Source: Octopus vulgaris
Taxonomy: Eukaryota
Direction: 5' to 3'
Assembly (NCBI GenBank): GCA_951406725.2
Contig: OX597821.1
Span: forward strand, 85,498,001 to 85,562,000
Length of the DNA stretch: 64,000 bases
Under the pieces are notes generated by a model. That model was not told the DNA's origin. It worked only from the letters and a program-made list of their open reading frames with translations, and searched no databases. Each line of letters begins with the position of its first letter. Positions within the stretch are counted from its first letter, which is position 1. Of this stretch, positions 39,986 to 51,625 are shown one piece after another. The translations under genes were made by a program, and so were the position numbers.

Positions 39986-40399
39986 TAGCAATGCCTCAAT
40001 CTAACAGTAAAAGAAACAAGAAACACTGTAACTCTTTCAACGACACTAACTCTTCTACACACACACACACACATCACCAAAAATGACAGAGTCTTTTGAC
40101 CCATTCATGCAAAAACATTGGAAATAATGTCTGTAAATTCTCCATGCAAAGCCCTTGACTTGCTTTTCTTTCTTTTGGATTGAATAAAATTTGTTTCATT
40201 CAAGTACTGAGTCAATTAAATTCACTATAGCTCTCCCTTAAAATCTGTGGCTTGTACTAAAGTTATAAATCATAACAATTAGCAGAGAACAATAAATGGT
40301 AGACTCAGTGGAGCAGAGAACAAAATGTTTTACGGTATTTAGTTACGTCCAGTACATTTAGGGTTCAAATCCTACAAGGGTTGACTACTTTTCATCCCA

Positions 40400-40830
40400 C
40401 AGGGCACTGGTAGAAGTTCCTTTACATCTGTGGAAAAGGCATGAACAGGAATGGAATTTCGGAAGGCCAACATTCAGGGAAGGAAGGACTGACTGTAGAG
40501 ATTGGTATGGAGCCAAGAGTAGTAAAAATAAAGAATGAGTGAGTCAAGAATGCCTGAGTGAAGGTGGCATATGTTTTCACATGCCCAGCTGACACAGTAC
40601 TAAGGAGCAGAAGCCATTATAGTATGTGGGGAAAAAGAAAAACAAAAGAGGCAGAGAGAGAAGGAGCCATGCCTGTGGACCAGAAGCTTGGAGCATATCT
40701 TAGCAAGACTTTATGACTTCAATCTAATCAGCTGAGTAGCTCTTTTCTAGATGAAGTCTAGAATGTCTGTGCATGCATCAGTACCTTCACAGATATGAGA
40801 GCAATACTCCATTGTGGATTTCACTTGGGA
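40400..40830 (-). mobile_element. Decayed Jockey/CR1-group LINE ORF2 3' fragment
   Basis: Minus-strand remnants QVKSTMEYCSHI...ILDFI*KRATQLI and HTNLYSQSFLP*...NSIPVHAF. Confidence 0.7.
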
Positions 40831-43051
40831 TCTGATGGGTGTGCATCCTTAAGAAGTGCATCAAGAATATATGCCACTAAAAACTACTCTGTACACCCAC
40901 GTGTGCAAACACCTGTAGTCTAGAGCTAAGAAGGAATACAATTATGAAGCTAGTATGAATTAACACAATGAACAAGTGAGAAAATACAGACATAAACAGA
41001 ATGTTCACTCCTTTATACACATCGTTGTGACTTGATCTCTTAATAAATACAACCATTTTAATTTTACAGGTTAGTGAATAGCAGCAATATAAACTGACAA
41101 TAGTCAGACAAATTGGCTAAAAAGCAATAAAAGCACACAAAAATCGTAAATACAGGTGTGGTTGAATGAGGTAGACAAACAACTATTAGAGGAACTTCCT
41201 CTCTCTTAATCCCAGTTTCCTTGTTAATCTGCTAAGATTAGGTCAGACAAGTCATTGAAAAGACTACATTTTTTTTAAGCGCAAATTATCATGAATAATA
41301 CATAAGAATTCACCAAACAACACATACAGACTGAACACACAAGACACACAGAGCTTAAATTTATTGGAGTAATTTTACATGCATGCAGACATGTTACACA
41401 CGCACACACACACACACTATTACACTTGCATATATGAGTGTGTGTGAAAGAGGTGATAGAGAGGAGAAATAGTTAATTTGTTCTATGTACAAATCAAACA
41501 GCAGCAATGAGAACAAATTTAGGTAAATCTTTTACTGATTACTAAACAGTCAAAACTATCAAACCACATAAAAATTTGGTGATCCTCCTCAAACTGACAA
41601 ATACCAGTTTACTCCCACCTGACCTCACACTACCCAAATGTTAGAGAATTTTTTGCCTCCTCCTCTTCCAATTCTTTATTAATGAGAGACAAAATAAAGT
41701 TGTTTTTTTACTATCCATATAACTCTTATTTTATTGCCATTGAATGGGTGTTGAACAAGTTTAAAAGTTTAAAACCAACTTAACTTTATCAAATATGGCA
41801 ATTTGTGTGCCCATCACTTCTCAATCCTGACAGGCTCACTAACAAGAAACACTGTACTAATTACAGATGTACATGTTTCCTCAAACTCTCTCTCTCTCTC
41901 TCTTTAAACAGTATTCATAATTTGTAGAATCTGAAGTAGCAAGTATGTCATCTGCTGCCACGAGAGATAAATAGTTAAAAATTAAGCAGATGTGTGAGTA
42001 GGGAAACATCAATGGCTAAATGTTAAAACTCCACTGAGAGGTCATCTTAGCAAGTTTTTCACTGTTGTATATGTATACAGCCTAAGAAAAAAGAAAGGAG
42101 TTATATATATAAAAAAAAAAAAGAAAATGACAAAAATGAAGCAAATGAGAGGGATGGAGGTAGGGAGAGAGAGAGAGAGAGAGGGAGGGAGGGAGAGAGA
42201 AAGAGAGAGTGAAAACATTTCAACGAATTTTTTATAGACTGCGATAGATGACATCTTGGATATAAATTGTGCCACTATTTTGACGAAAGTGTCATTGCAT
42301 ATGAACAGCAATCATCTTCATGGAAAGAAAATCTATGACACATGGTCGAGCATTTGGGGAGAGAGACAGAGAGGGAGAGGGAGAGAGAGAGAGAAGAATG
42401 AATGAATGAGCAATTATCCTTATGGGAGAGTCAAAGTGATGCCTGATAGTAGAGTGAGTCTATGATTTATTATCCAGAAATGATTAGGAATTAACACAAC
42501 GCTGACCAAATAATATCATGCAAATAGTTGCTAACATTTACATCACTGTCCCCCACTGGATCAAGAACAAAAGACAAAAGAGCAAAAAAGGGGAAAAAAA
42601 AACAACCCAACCAAATGAAGAGTGTGCTAGGATTCAGCATCATAAAAAGACAATGATGGAATATATTGTAGTACACTTGACCAATTTTGGGCAATAATGG
42701 CCATTTGTAGTATAACAATATTGCAAAATAAAGAGAATATATTACTGTCCACTCAGCAATTGCTATAATCAAAGCCTAATGCCATAGAGAGCCATAGACT
42801 GTGAAGCCACATCTATAGACAACCTATCATAGTAGCCAGTTCATTTGAACAATCTAAAATGATAAAAGGTCAGAGAGTTGTTTAGATATGCGAGGCCAAA
42901 GCATGTAGTTGAGCAGTGATTAAGAAAGAAATAGTCACCTCTGAAATATTAGCCTGGTAATAAGACAGAATAAAATAAAATAAGATAAAAAGCAATTAAA
43001 AAGAAACTAAATTTACCATCTTTGAAAAGAAGTGCTTTTGTGTAGAAATTA

Positions 43052-43381
<330 letters not shown>

Positions 43382-43743
43382 AATGAAATAAGATAATTTC
43401 CATCAGTAATAAAGTTAGAAGAGAAGCAAACTAGAGAAAGTATCAAAATGTTAAAATTGTTATCGTCAGCAATATTTAACACAAAATTAGCTATTTGGCC
43501 AAAACAGCCCTGATCAAGCAGACATATGATCTGGTGCATTTAATCCATGACCATCTCATCCTTTTAGGGCTACCTAGGACTATATCATCTAATAAGTCTT
43601 TCTCCCATCTTTTCTTAACTCTTTCGTTATCAAAACCCTGTCAGCATGCATTGACTTTGTTTCACTTAATTTTGCAAATAATGAAGTATGCAATAAAAAT
43701 AACTCATTAAGCTGGTGTCTGGAACACATATTAAAATGAAATC

Positions 43744-43971
43744 TTAACCCTTTCGTTACTGTATTTATTTTGAGATGCACCGTATTTCTTTCAATTACTT
43801 TAAATATAACAAAGAATTTAGTACAATAACTTAGTTATCATGAAGCTAGTGATAGGAACATAAATTGTGACTAAGGCTTGGTGGAAGATTTTAATTCAAA
43901 ACTTATGAAAACAAGACATTTGTAATCAGAGCCAGAGCCGGTTTGAGCCAGGTTGGTAACGAAAGGGTTAA
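43744..43971. mobile_element. piggyBac-type MITE
   Basis: TTAA at both ends with perfect 12-bp TIRs CCCTTTCGTTAC / GTAACGAAAGGG; the TIR is the same as at 11802. Confidence 0.92.
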
Positions 43972-44324
43972 TAGAAAGTTTTAATTTAGTTCACCTTAAA
44001 AACAGAATTTGTAACAAAGAAACAAGGGTGGTTTCTGGCAGGTTAATATCAAAAGATAAGGTGCAATATGAGGAAGATTGGGCTGGTGTTTCTAACAGAA
44101 GAAAAGACTCATTAACTAGGGCAGAAAATTAATTTATTCCAGCAGATGAATAAGACACCATAAGGTAATGGTTATATTTCAACAGTGTGAGTAGATACAG
44201 TTTGTAAAGAGAGATAGTTGCTGGATTACTGATTCACAAGAACTTTGTCCAAGCATTGTTGTTAAGCAATGAACTGAGTTCTTTAGCTATTTCTCTCCAT
44301 TTGTTTCAAGCAAATATATATATA

Positions 44325-44680
44325 TAGGTGCAGGAGTGGCTGTGTGGTAAGTACCTTACTTACCAACCACATGGCTCTGGGCTCAGTCTCACTGCGTGGC
44401 ATCTTGGACAAGTGTCTTCTACTATAGCCTCGGGCCAACCAAAGCCTTGTGAGTGGATATGGTAGACAGAAACTGAAAGAAGCCCGTCATATGTATGTAT
44501 GTATGTGCGTTTGTGTGTCTACATTTGGCCCCCCAACATCGCTTGACAACTGATGCTGGTTCAGCAAAAGAGACTGGTAGAATGAGTACTAGGCTTACAA
44601 AGAATAAGTCCTGGGGTGATTTGCTCAACTAAAGGCAGTGCTCCAGCATGGCTGCAGTCAAATGACTGAAACAAGTAAAA

Positions 44681-44682
<2 letters not shown>
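44325..44682 (+). mobile_element. tRNA-derived SINE family A
   Basis: Colinear with 27552-27983, with a small internal deletion. Confidence 0.9.
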
Positions 44683-44718
<36 letters not shown>

Positions 44719-45276
44719 ACATCCCTGCTAAAGGGAGACCCAAAGATGAACCGGATCCTCGAAACACACACCATCATTAAAAGTAAACGGCAACCAAAAT
44801 CCTTGAAAAGGATTTTAACCCAAGCTAAACTGCACTCAACATCAACCACAAAACCAGCAGTTAGAAAATGTGGAAGGCCCAACTGCGGAATCTGTGTCAT
44901 CTTGGTAGAAGGTTCAGAATTTATACTAGAACAAGGCCATCAGTTCACCATTAGAGCAAACTTCACCTGCACATCAGAAAACTTAATTTACGTCTTAACA
45001 TGCGCAGACTGCAATAGGCAGTATATAGGCCATACAAAAAATAGCTTATGTAACAGGATGGCGGTGCATAAATCACAAATTAGAAACCCTGAATACCGGA
45101 AAATACCGGTCAGCGGACACATAGATAGATGTGCTGCAAATGTAAATCCGAAATTTACAACTTACCCACTTTATAAATTCAGTGACAGCGTAACCTTCAT
45201 GCAACGCCAAAATAAAGAACTTTATTTCATCAAAAAATTTAGACCAAGTTTGAACACCCTGGGCCAGGAATATTAA
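44719..45276 (+). CDS. Penelope-like element ORF C-terminus: Cys-rich linker plus GIY-YIG endonuclease (5'-truncated)
   Basis: RQPKSLKRIL, CGRPNCGIC, FTCTSENLIYVLTCADCNRQYIGHT, RMAVH, GH and KELYFIKKFRPSLN. There are no stops, and the frame is open back to the (TA)n junction. Confidence 0.9.
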   Translation, partial: TSLLKGDPKMNRILETHTIIKSKRQPKSLKRILTQAKLHSTSTTKPAVRKCGRPNCGICVILVEGSEFILEQGHQFTIRANFTCTSENLIYVLTCADCNRQYIGHTKNSLCNRMAVHKSQIRNPEYRKIPVSGHIDRCAANVNPKFTTYPLYKFSDSVTFMQRQNKELYFIKKFRPSLNTLGQEY

Positions 45277-45509
45277 AACAAAACATTGATCCTCCGAAAA
45301 AGAGAAACGAAATTCTACCACAACCACTACGACTGCCCCAACTTGCACTACTACTACAACCACCGTGGTCACTGTTGCTACGGCCACAGTGAGAGAATTA
45401 TAATAATGGAGGTGGGGCGAATTACAATTTCTCAGATCCTTAAACAGTCACTCACGCTGACAGTGATATGTCTTAGGGAAGGAAAAATTTATAAAAAGAT
45501 CTCTTTCTC

Positions 45510-45900
45510 TACGAGCAGATCTAATCCTGATTCGTCAAAAAACTGATGACGTATTACCTCAGTGGTCAAGCTATTGTCACCCTGCTTGGTCGGTTCCCCC
45601 ACACGATACAGCTATGGGTCAGACCCAATTCTGATTGGTCAAAACATTGATGACGTCTCGTTCTGCTGGACTAGCCACCTAACAGGATACAGTCATGGGT
45701 CAGATCTAATTCGTCAAAAAAATGTTGACGTATTTCTCCCGTGGCCAAACTGTCGTTCCACTTGGTTGGTTTCCTAACAGGATACAGTTAGGAGTCTTTT
45801 CACTATATTCGTTGAGACTGGGTTTTGATTGGTTTGGAACTATATGACGTCAGTGAAAAGTGCAAGTGACCACAGCTTAGCTGAACTGATATAAATCCAG
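45510..45900 (+). promoter_or_regulatory. Putative pseudo-LTR promoter of the Penelope-like element
   Basis: Three degenerate tandem units each with TGACGT; ATTGG at 45828-45832; palindromic TGACGTCA at 45845-45852; TATAAA at 45890-45895. Confidence 0.5.
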
Positions 45901-46015
45901 CAATCACAAAATTCACCAAAATTATGCGAGCAGACACCGATCAAAAATCATTACTGTTGCTCCCATTGGAACACAAGGTAAAATCTAAAATGAACTCCTC
46001 GCCTTTTCAAGAACA

Positions 46016-46245
46016 TGAATTTTTTATATTTGACTCTATTGAATGTATGTCACAATTATGAATTACTACATCATACTCTTTAAACATATAGCATGAACTC
46101 TCTTTATTATATATGATTTTTTTATATTTGACTCTATTGAATATTATATATGAATTTTTTATATTTGACTCTATTGAATATGTCACAATTATGAACTATT
46201 ACATCATACTCTTTAAACATATAGCATGGACTCTCTTTATTATAT
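46016..46245. repeat. Tandem duplication (~95-bp unit twice, with a partial unit between) in the pseudo-LTR
   Basis: tttttatatttgactctattgaa occurs three times; gtcacaattatgaa...ctctctttattatatat occurs twice. Confidence 0.9.
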
Positions 46246-46252
46246 ATAACTT

Positions 46253-46295
46253 TTTTTGATAAGGTTCGTGATTTCAAGAACCGAAACATGTTAAA
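46253..46295 (+). ncRNA. Minimal hammerhead ribozyme-like motif, U3:A8 variant
   Basis: TTT-TTGATAA-GGTTC[GTGATTTCAA]GAACC-GAAA-CATG-T-T-AAA; located in a PLE pseudo-LTR, where such motifs are known to occur. Confidence 0.7.
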
Positions 46296-46439
46296 TTTAA
46301 ATTAAAATTTGTCTAATATAGCAGCATTTTCAAACTTCATTTTTTACAAATATATACCCACTCGTATACGAGCTAATCTTATTATAAATATATATATATA
46401 TATACATATAATATATATGTGCACAAAGATAGAGAGAGA

Positions 46440-46770
46440 GAGGTATGGCTGTATGATAAGAAATTTGCTTCCCAACCACATGGTTCTAGAGTCAGTCGCA
46501 GTGTGTGGCACCTTGGCAAGTGTCTCCTGCTATAGCCTCGGGCTGACCAAGGCCATGCAAGTGGAATTAGTAGACAGAAACTGAAAGAAGCCTGTCAACT
46601 GGTGTTGATATGTTTATGTCCCTATAACTTAGAAGTTTGGCAAAAAGTGACCCATAGAATAAGTACCAGTCTTATAATAAAAAAAAATATTGGGGTCAAT
46701 TCATTTGGCTGAAAAGTCTTCAAGATTGTGCCCCAGCATAGCTGCAGCCTAATGACTAAAACAAGAAAAA
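46440..46770 (+). mobile_element. Older SINE family A
   Basis: Head and tail colinear with other copies. Confidence 0.8.
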
Positions 46771-46792
46771 AAAGTGTGTGTGTGTGTGTGTA

Positions 46793-47185
46793 CACTCTTA
46801 CTCTCTTTTACTCTTTTGCTTGTTTCAGTCATTTGACTGCGGCCATGCTGGAGCACCACCTTTAGTCAAGCAAATCGACCCCAGGACTTATTCTTTGGAA
46901 GCCTAGTATTTATTCTATCAGTTTCTTTTGCCGAACCGCTAAGTTATGGGGATGTAAACACACCAGCATCGGTTGTCAAGTGATGTTGGGGGAACAAACA
47001 CACACACATATATATATACATATACATGACGGGCTTCTTTCAGTTTCCGTCTACCAAATCCACTCACACGGCTTTGGTCAGCCCGAGGCTATAGTAGAAG
47101 ACACTTGCCTAAGGTGCCATGCAGTGGAACTGAACCGGGAACCATGTGGTTGGTAAGCAAGCTTCTTACCACACAGCCACTCCTG
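46793..47185 (-). mobile_element. Young full-length SINE family A
   Basis: Reverse complement of 27552-27983, with an (AAGAGT)-type tail. Confidence 0.92.
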
Positions 47186-49943
47186 TGTGTGTACAATTAT
47201 ATATATATTTTTTTTAACTGATAAAAATTACAGAAACAGTCTCAAGGGTATCACACCATTTCATGATATTTCATTTTACAACTATTCAGAATCCACTACA
47301 TAGTGATAGAGAGATGGGTGATTACTGGAGTCACCATAAAGAACAATGCACAAATTGTGGTAGCTTAACTTGCTAACATCAAATTTCATCGCCCATCTTC
47401 ACTAGCATCACTGATATATCCAGCTGCTGAGAGCCACTACATAGGCAGTAGTGGAATTTGAACCGAAGTGGGAAGGAAAAGTAGCAGCACCAAGTCAATG
47501 AGATAAATCTGCTGATATAGATATATCTGGCTTAGAGAAAAATCGGAATGAGAGATGGGGATGAAGTGCTGAGAAAAAAAAGAACTAGTGAAGTATAGAG
47601 ATAGCAATCAATATTGCTGACGCCCCCTTTTTCACAATGCATCTCATTAATTATTGAATCAGATAAATAGTTATTTTGTGAGTAGTGATTCCTACCATCA
47701 GAGATTCTCTTATCAGTCAGAGGTCATAGCTTTCAGAGGAAAGGGCGGGTAATGGATATGTATGCATGTGTGTGTGTGTGTGGAGACAGAGAGAGAGAGG
47801 GGGGATGGAAAGGAGGGGTTAGCTTACAAGCATCGCAGTAGATCCATTGGTCGTATGGATTAATCAGGCGTGTCTAATGCTATACTATGTGAGTAATGGT
47901 AAATTGCAGACGATGTTAATGTGAAGAAAACACACTCGATATCTGGATTATCCAAAAAGAGAACATGAAATATCCGTGCTGACAACATGCACCTCATCCA
48001 AACCCCCTGGCCAAACAAACAAGAGTTTGTGTTTAACAACAACAACCTTTTCACAGGACATTTCCGTGAACAATCAATTCTGCAACACCAATAAACCATT
48101 TAAATCAGATGGCACGCGAAGGCAATCAGTTTTACCTGCAGTTCTTTGCTATCACTTATCACTGATGAGGTGATGATGACTTGACAGCCACCACACAACT
48201 GCATTGACTTAAAAAAACAAAAAGCAAAACAACAACACATGGTGCTGATGATAAAGATAGAAAAATCTCTACATTTTTATAGCATTCATGAAAGTAAAAT
48301 GACCATAGATTTTGCTGCCATTGTTTTTACTGTTGGTAGTTTTTTGCCTTTTGCCTGTTTCTTTGTTTGTTAAGTTACTTTGATCTTTTGAATTTAGTTC
48401 CAAGTTGTGTTAGGAAGTATTATCAGCCTATCTGCTGCCTAACTTAATTAAGTGGGGACACACACACACACACCTCCATTAACTGCCATTATAGACTAGA
48501 CATCCTCTACCCTGTGTACAGTTATAATCATCAGCTAAGATTTATTTATTTATTTGTGGGAGGATGATCTTTCTATATATTTTTTTCTATCTTTTTTTTT
48601 TCTCAATATGATTTATTTTTATTTTTCAATTCATCAATTATTGTCCCTTCTCTCCTGTATTTTGACTCTTATTCTATTCTATTTCATAGATAAACTTGTT
48701 TCAGAAAGAGAGAAGGAGGGGTGGGATGGATGAAAGAAGGAAAGCAAGAGAAACATAAAAAAAAAAGGAAAGAAAAAAAAGGAACCCAAACAATGTTCTA
48801 TTTATTATTTTAAACATTGTTCCATCTCTTCATCTTTCACCATCATCCCTCACAACCACCCATATATATATCATTGCCTTCTTCTCTTTATCAATTCTCT
48901 CACTTATATCATTCAAACATTTTCTGCTTGAATTTATTTCGTGCCATTTCATCTTTCATAGCTGCTTTCATTCAATACTTGCGAAGCTGGTTTCAGTTTT
49001 TCTTTAGCAATACAAGAAATGTAGAATTTATAAATGCATATATGCACATACCACCGTAAGGAATCGATGTCTTTGTATGTACATAGCAAAGGAAGGAAGG
49101 AAAGCAATGTGTCAATAGATGTATACACAAACAGTGATTGTGCCTGATATTATGTCCAAAACTAGTGCAAGCCATTCGCATATCCATGTGTAAATGAGAA
49201 AAGAGTTGTCTAAAGAGAATTTTATCTTTGCTTTACTTGTATTTTCTTTTGTTTGTTTCTATTTCATTTTATTTATTTACTTATTTTTTTCTGTCTTATT
49301 TTCATTTCTTTGCATTTTTTAGACAACATTTCAGCTCAATTACACATGCAAGCATGCATGTTCGGTCACGCACACAAGATGAAGGAAGGAAACCATCAAA
49401 GAACAAGCAAAACAACGGAAGTTTAAAGTGTTTTGTTTTACAAAGATTCTGTCTTTTATGAAAATAATAATAATAATAACAACAACAACAATAATAAAAT
49501 GGAATAAATAAATAAATGTGATACAAGAAAATGTAAGTTGGACAGAGAAATGAATCAAATTCCATATGGCTTTTGTACTTTCTACTTGGAAATACTTCCT
49601 GCCATAGAGCTTATGTGTATTTTTCTTTATTGGAATCTGAATAAGGAATCAATAATAAAGATTAGAAATAGATGAAAATGATAGAAGGGAGGGGAAAGGT
49701 TAAACAAATTAAAAGAGATAGCAGAACTACTGACAGTTGGAGGGGGGACAAGTGTGTGGGGGGTGAGGGTGACGCAGTAAAGAATGATTCAAATAAAAAG
49801 AAAAAGAGGTTCGTGGAATTAAAGAAGGAAAAGAAATAAGTGAAAAATAGCCATGGATGATAGTTGAATTAATTTTCAATCCTAATATTTTAATTCAGGT
49901 CTGGGAAAAGATATTGAAAAGAAAAGAAACAGTAGTTACCACA

Positions 49944-49983
<40 letters not shown>

Positions 49984-50977
49984 AACACACATAGACACTT
50001 TAAAGAGTTTATTATGTTAAATACATGTAAATGCAAATTCACCACTGAATGGCAGTGATTCTCAACGAGCTATTAGCATCAAATAGTATTATAAGAGCAA
50101 TACAGAGTGTAAAAATTACTAAGAACCAGAAATAGCAGTAAAAGAGATAAAATGATTCTTCAACAGTCATCTTAGGAAATAAAAAAAAAAGAGGGGAAAA
50201 AAAAAAACAATTGTTTCATGCTTTAGAATAAGTGCATCATCACAAAAATGAGATTTCTCTTCTTACATTATTGCCCTATGTTATTTACCAGTCCTACTAC
50301 AGGCAATTGCATTTAAAACAGCTAGATGTGAGAAATCAGATCAAAATAGCTACCCCTACCCCCTGGAAACTGTATGCTTAGCAATAAAGACCATGCTACA
50401 TTTTTTCTCTCTCTAAAACTTAAACTCTTGATGGTTGGTGATCAAAGTTTTTAAAGATCAGTCTCTAATTAGGTGTTTGTGTATGTATGTATGTATGATG
50501 TGTATATGTATGTTTGTCTTACATATCAGATAGATTATACTATGTAAGAACAAGAGAGATATTCTTGCTATCTAAACTTGTACCGAAGAGAATGTTACCC
50601 AACACTTAGGCAGGTTTAATGTAACACAATAAAGATCCTATAACAAACATTGCTACACACAAAGATTAGAGTATTCTTAAAAGACTGAAGTTGTTCGAAT
50701 TGTAAAATATATGTCTTAGAAACAAAGTGACTTCTAACACAGGCCTTAACAGTATTTCCTGACATAGAAGCACCCGACATACTAACACAATACCTTCCAA
50801 CAGGGCCTCCCTGATACAGTGTTCTCTTAACATAATAGTTGAGTAGCATCCAGCCTAATAGCACACTGGTCCTCTTATAGAGGCACAGAATCTGCTATTT
50901 TTGCAAGTGCTTTTACATTGTATATGATGGACATAAACAGCAACATGTTAAAATTAAATGCTTGAATTAGTTGAAAT

Positions 50978-51253
50978 CATCATCATCATCATCATCGTTT
51001 AACGTCCGCTTTCCATGCTAGCATGGGTTGGACGGTTCAACTGGGGTCTGGGAAGCCCGAAGGCTGCACCAGGCCAGTCAGATCTGGCAGTGTTTCTACA
51101 GCTGGATGCCATTCCTAACGCCAACCACTCCGTGAGTGTAGTGGGTGCTTTTTATGTGCCACAGACACAGGTGCCAGACGAGGCTGGCGAACGGCCACGC
51201 TCGGATGGTGTTTGTTACATGCCACCAGCACGGAGGCCAGTCGATGCGGTACT
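50978..51253 (-). mobile_element. SINE family C
   Basis: (CAT)n tail and body matching 32750-33040. Confidence 0.9.
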
Positions 51254-51387
51254 GAATAAGATTATATAAAGTAACATCACGTTAGTAGAAGGATCAACAA
51301 TAAGACAATATTTCAGACAAAAGTTAGGTAACTATTGTATATTGGTGAAATATTTAAATTTCATTTATAGAACAATTTTATTGTTGT

Positions 51388-51625
51388 TTAACCCTATGCT
51401 TATCCTGTATATCCCATATGATATACAGGACATATTTCCCTGGAAACTATGTATATGATACATATTCCCAATCTTTTTCAACCACCAGAGTAACTTGGAA
51501 TTTTCGAAAGGAAAGCTTTATATTACGTAGAAAGTATGAAACAAGGGCTAATTAAAAGTCAGTAAAACAAGCATGAACATTCAGCACAAACTTATAGAAA
51601 CATTTTGGACTGGCAAAGGGGTTAA
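51388..51625. mobile_element. Possible TTAA-flanked MITE, third family
   Basis: TTAACCCTATGC ... GCAAAGGGGTTAA, with an internal palindrome tcctgtatatc/gatatacagga. Confidence 0.5.

Larger units (their letters stand above)
44719..46385 (+). mobile_element. 5'-truncated Penelope-like element (Neptune-type Cys linker) with its 3' pseudo-LTR
   Basis: GIY-YIG ORF, then ~1.1 kb of non-coding sequence with repeats, promoter-like motifs and a hammerhead-like motif; (TA)n on both sides. Confidence 0.85.

Noticed and set aside
45543-45580. CTGATGA heptamers here and at 30178, 30990 and 48162
   Set aside because: Not followed by stem II plus GAAA, so not called hammerheads.
45510-45790. Spaced repeats superficially like a CRISPR array
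   Set aside because: Units are degenerate tandem duplications without unique spacers, in a eukaryotic retroelement, with no cas genes.
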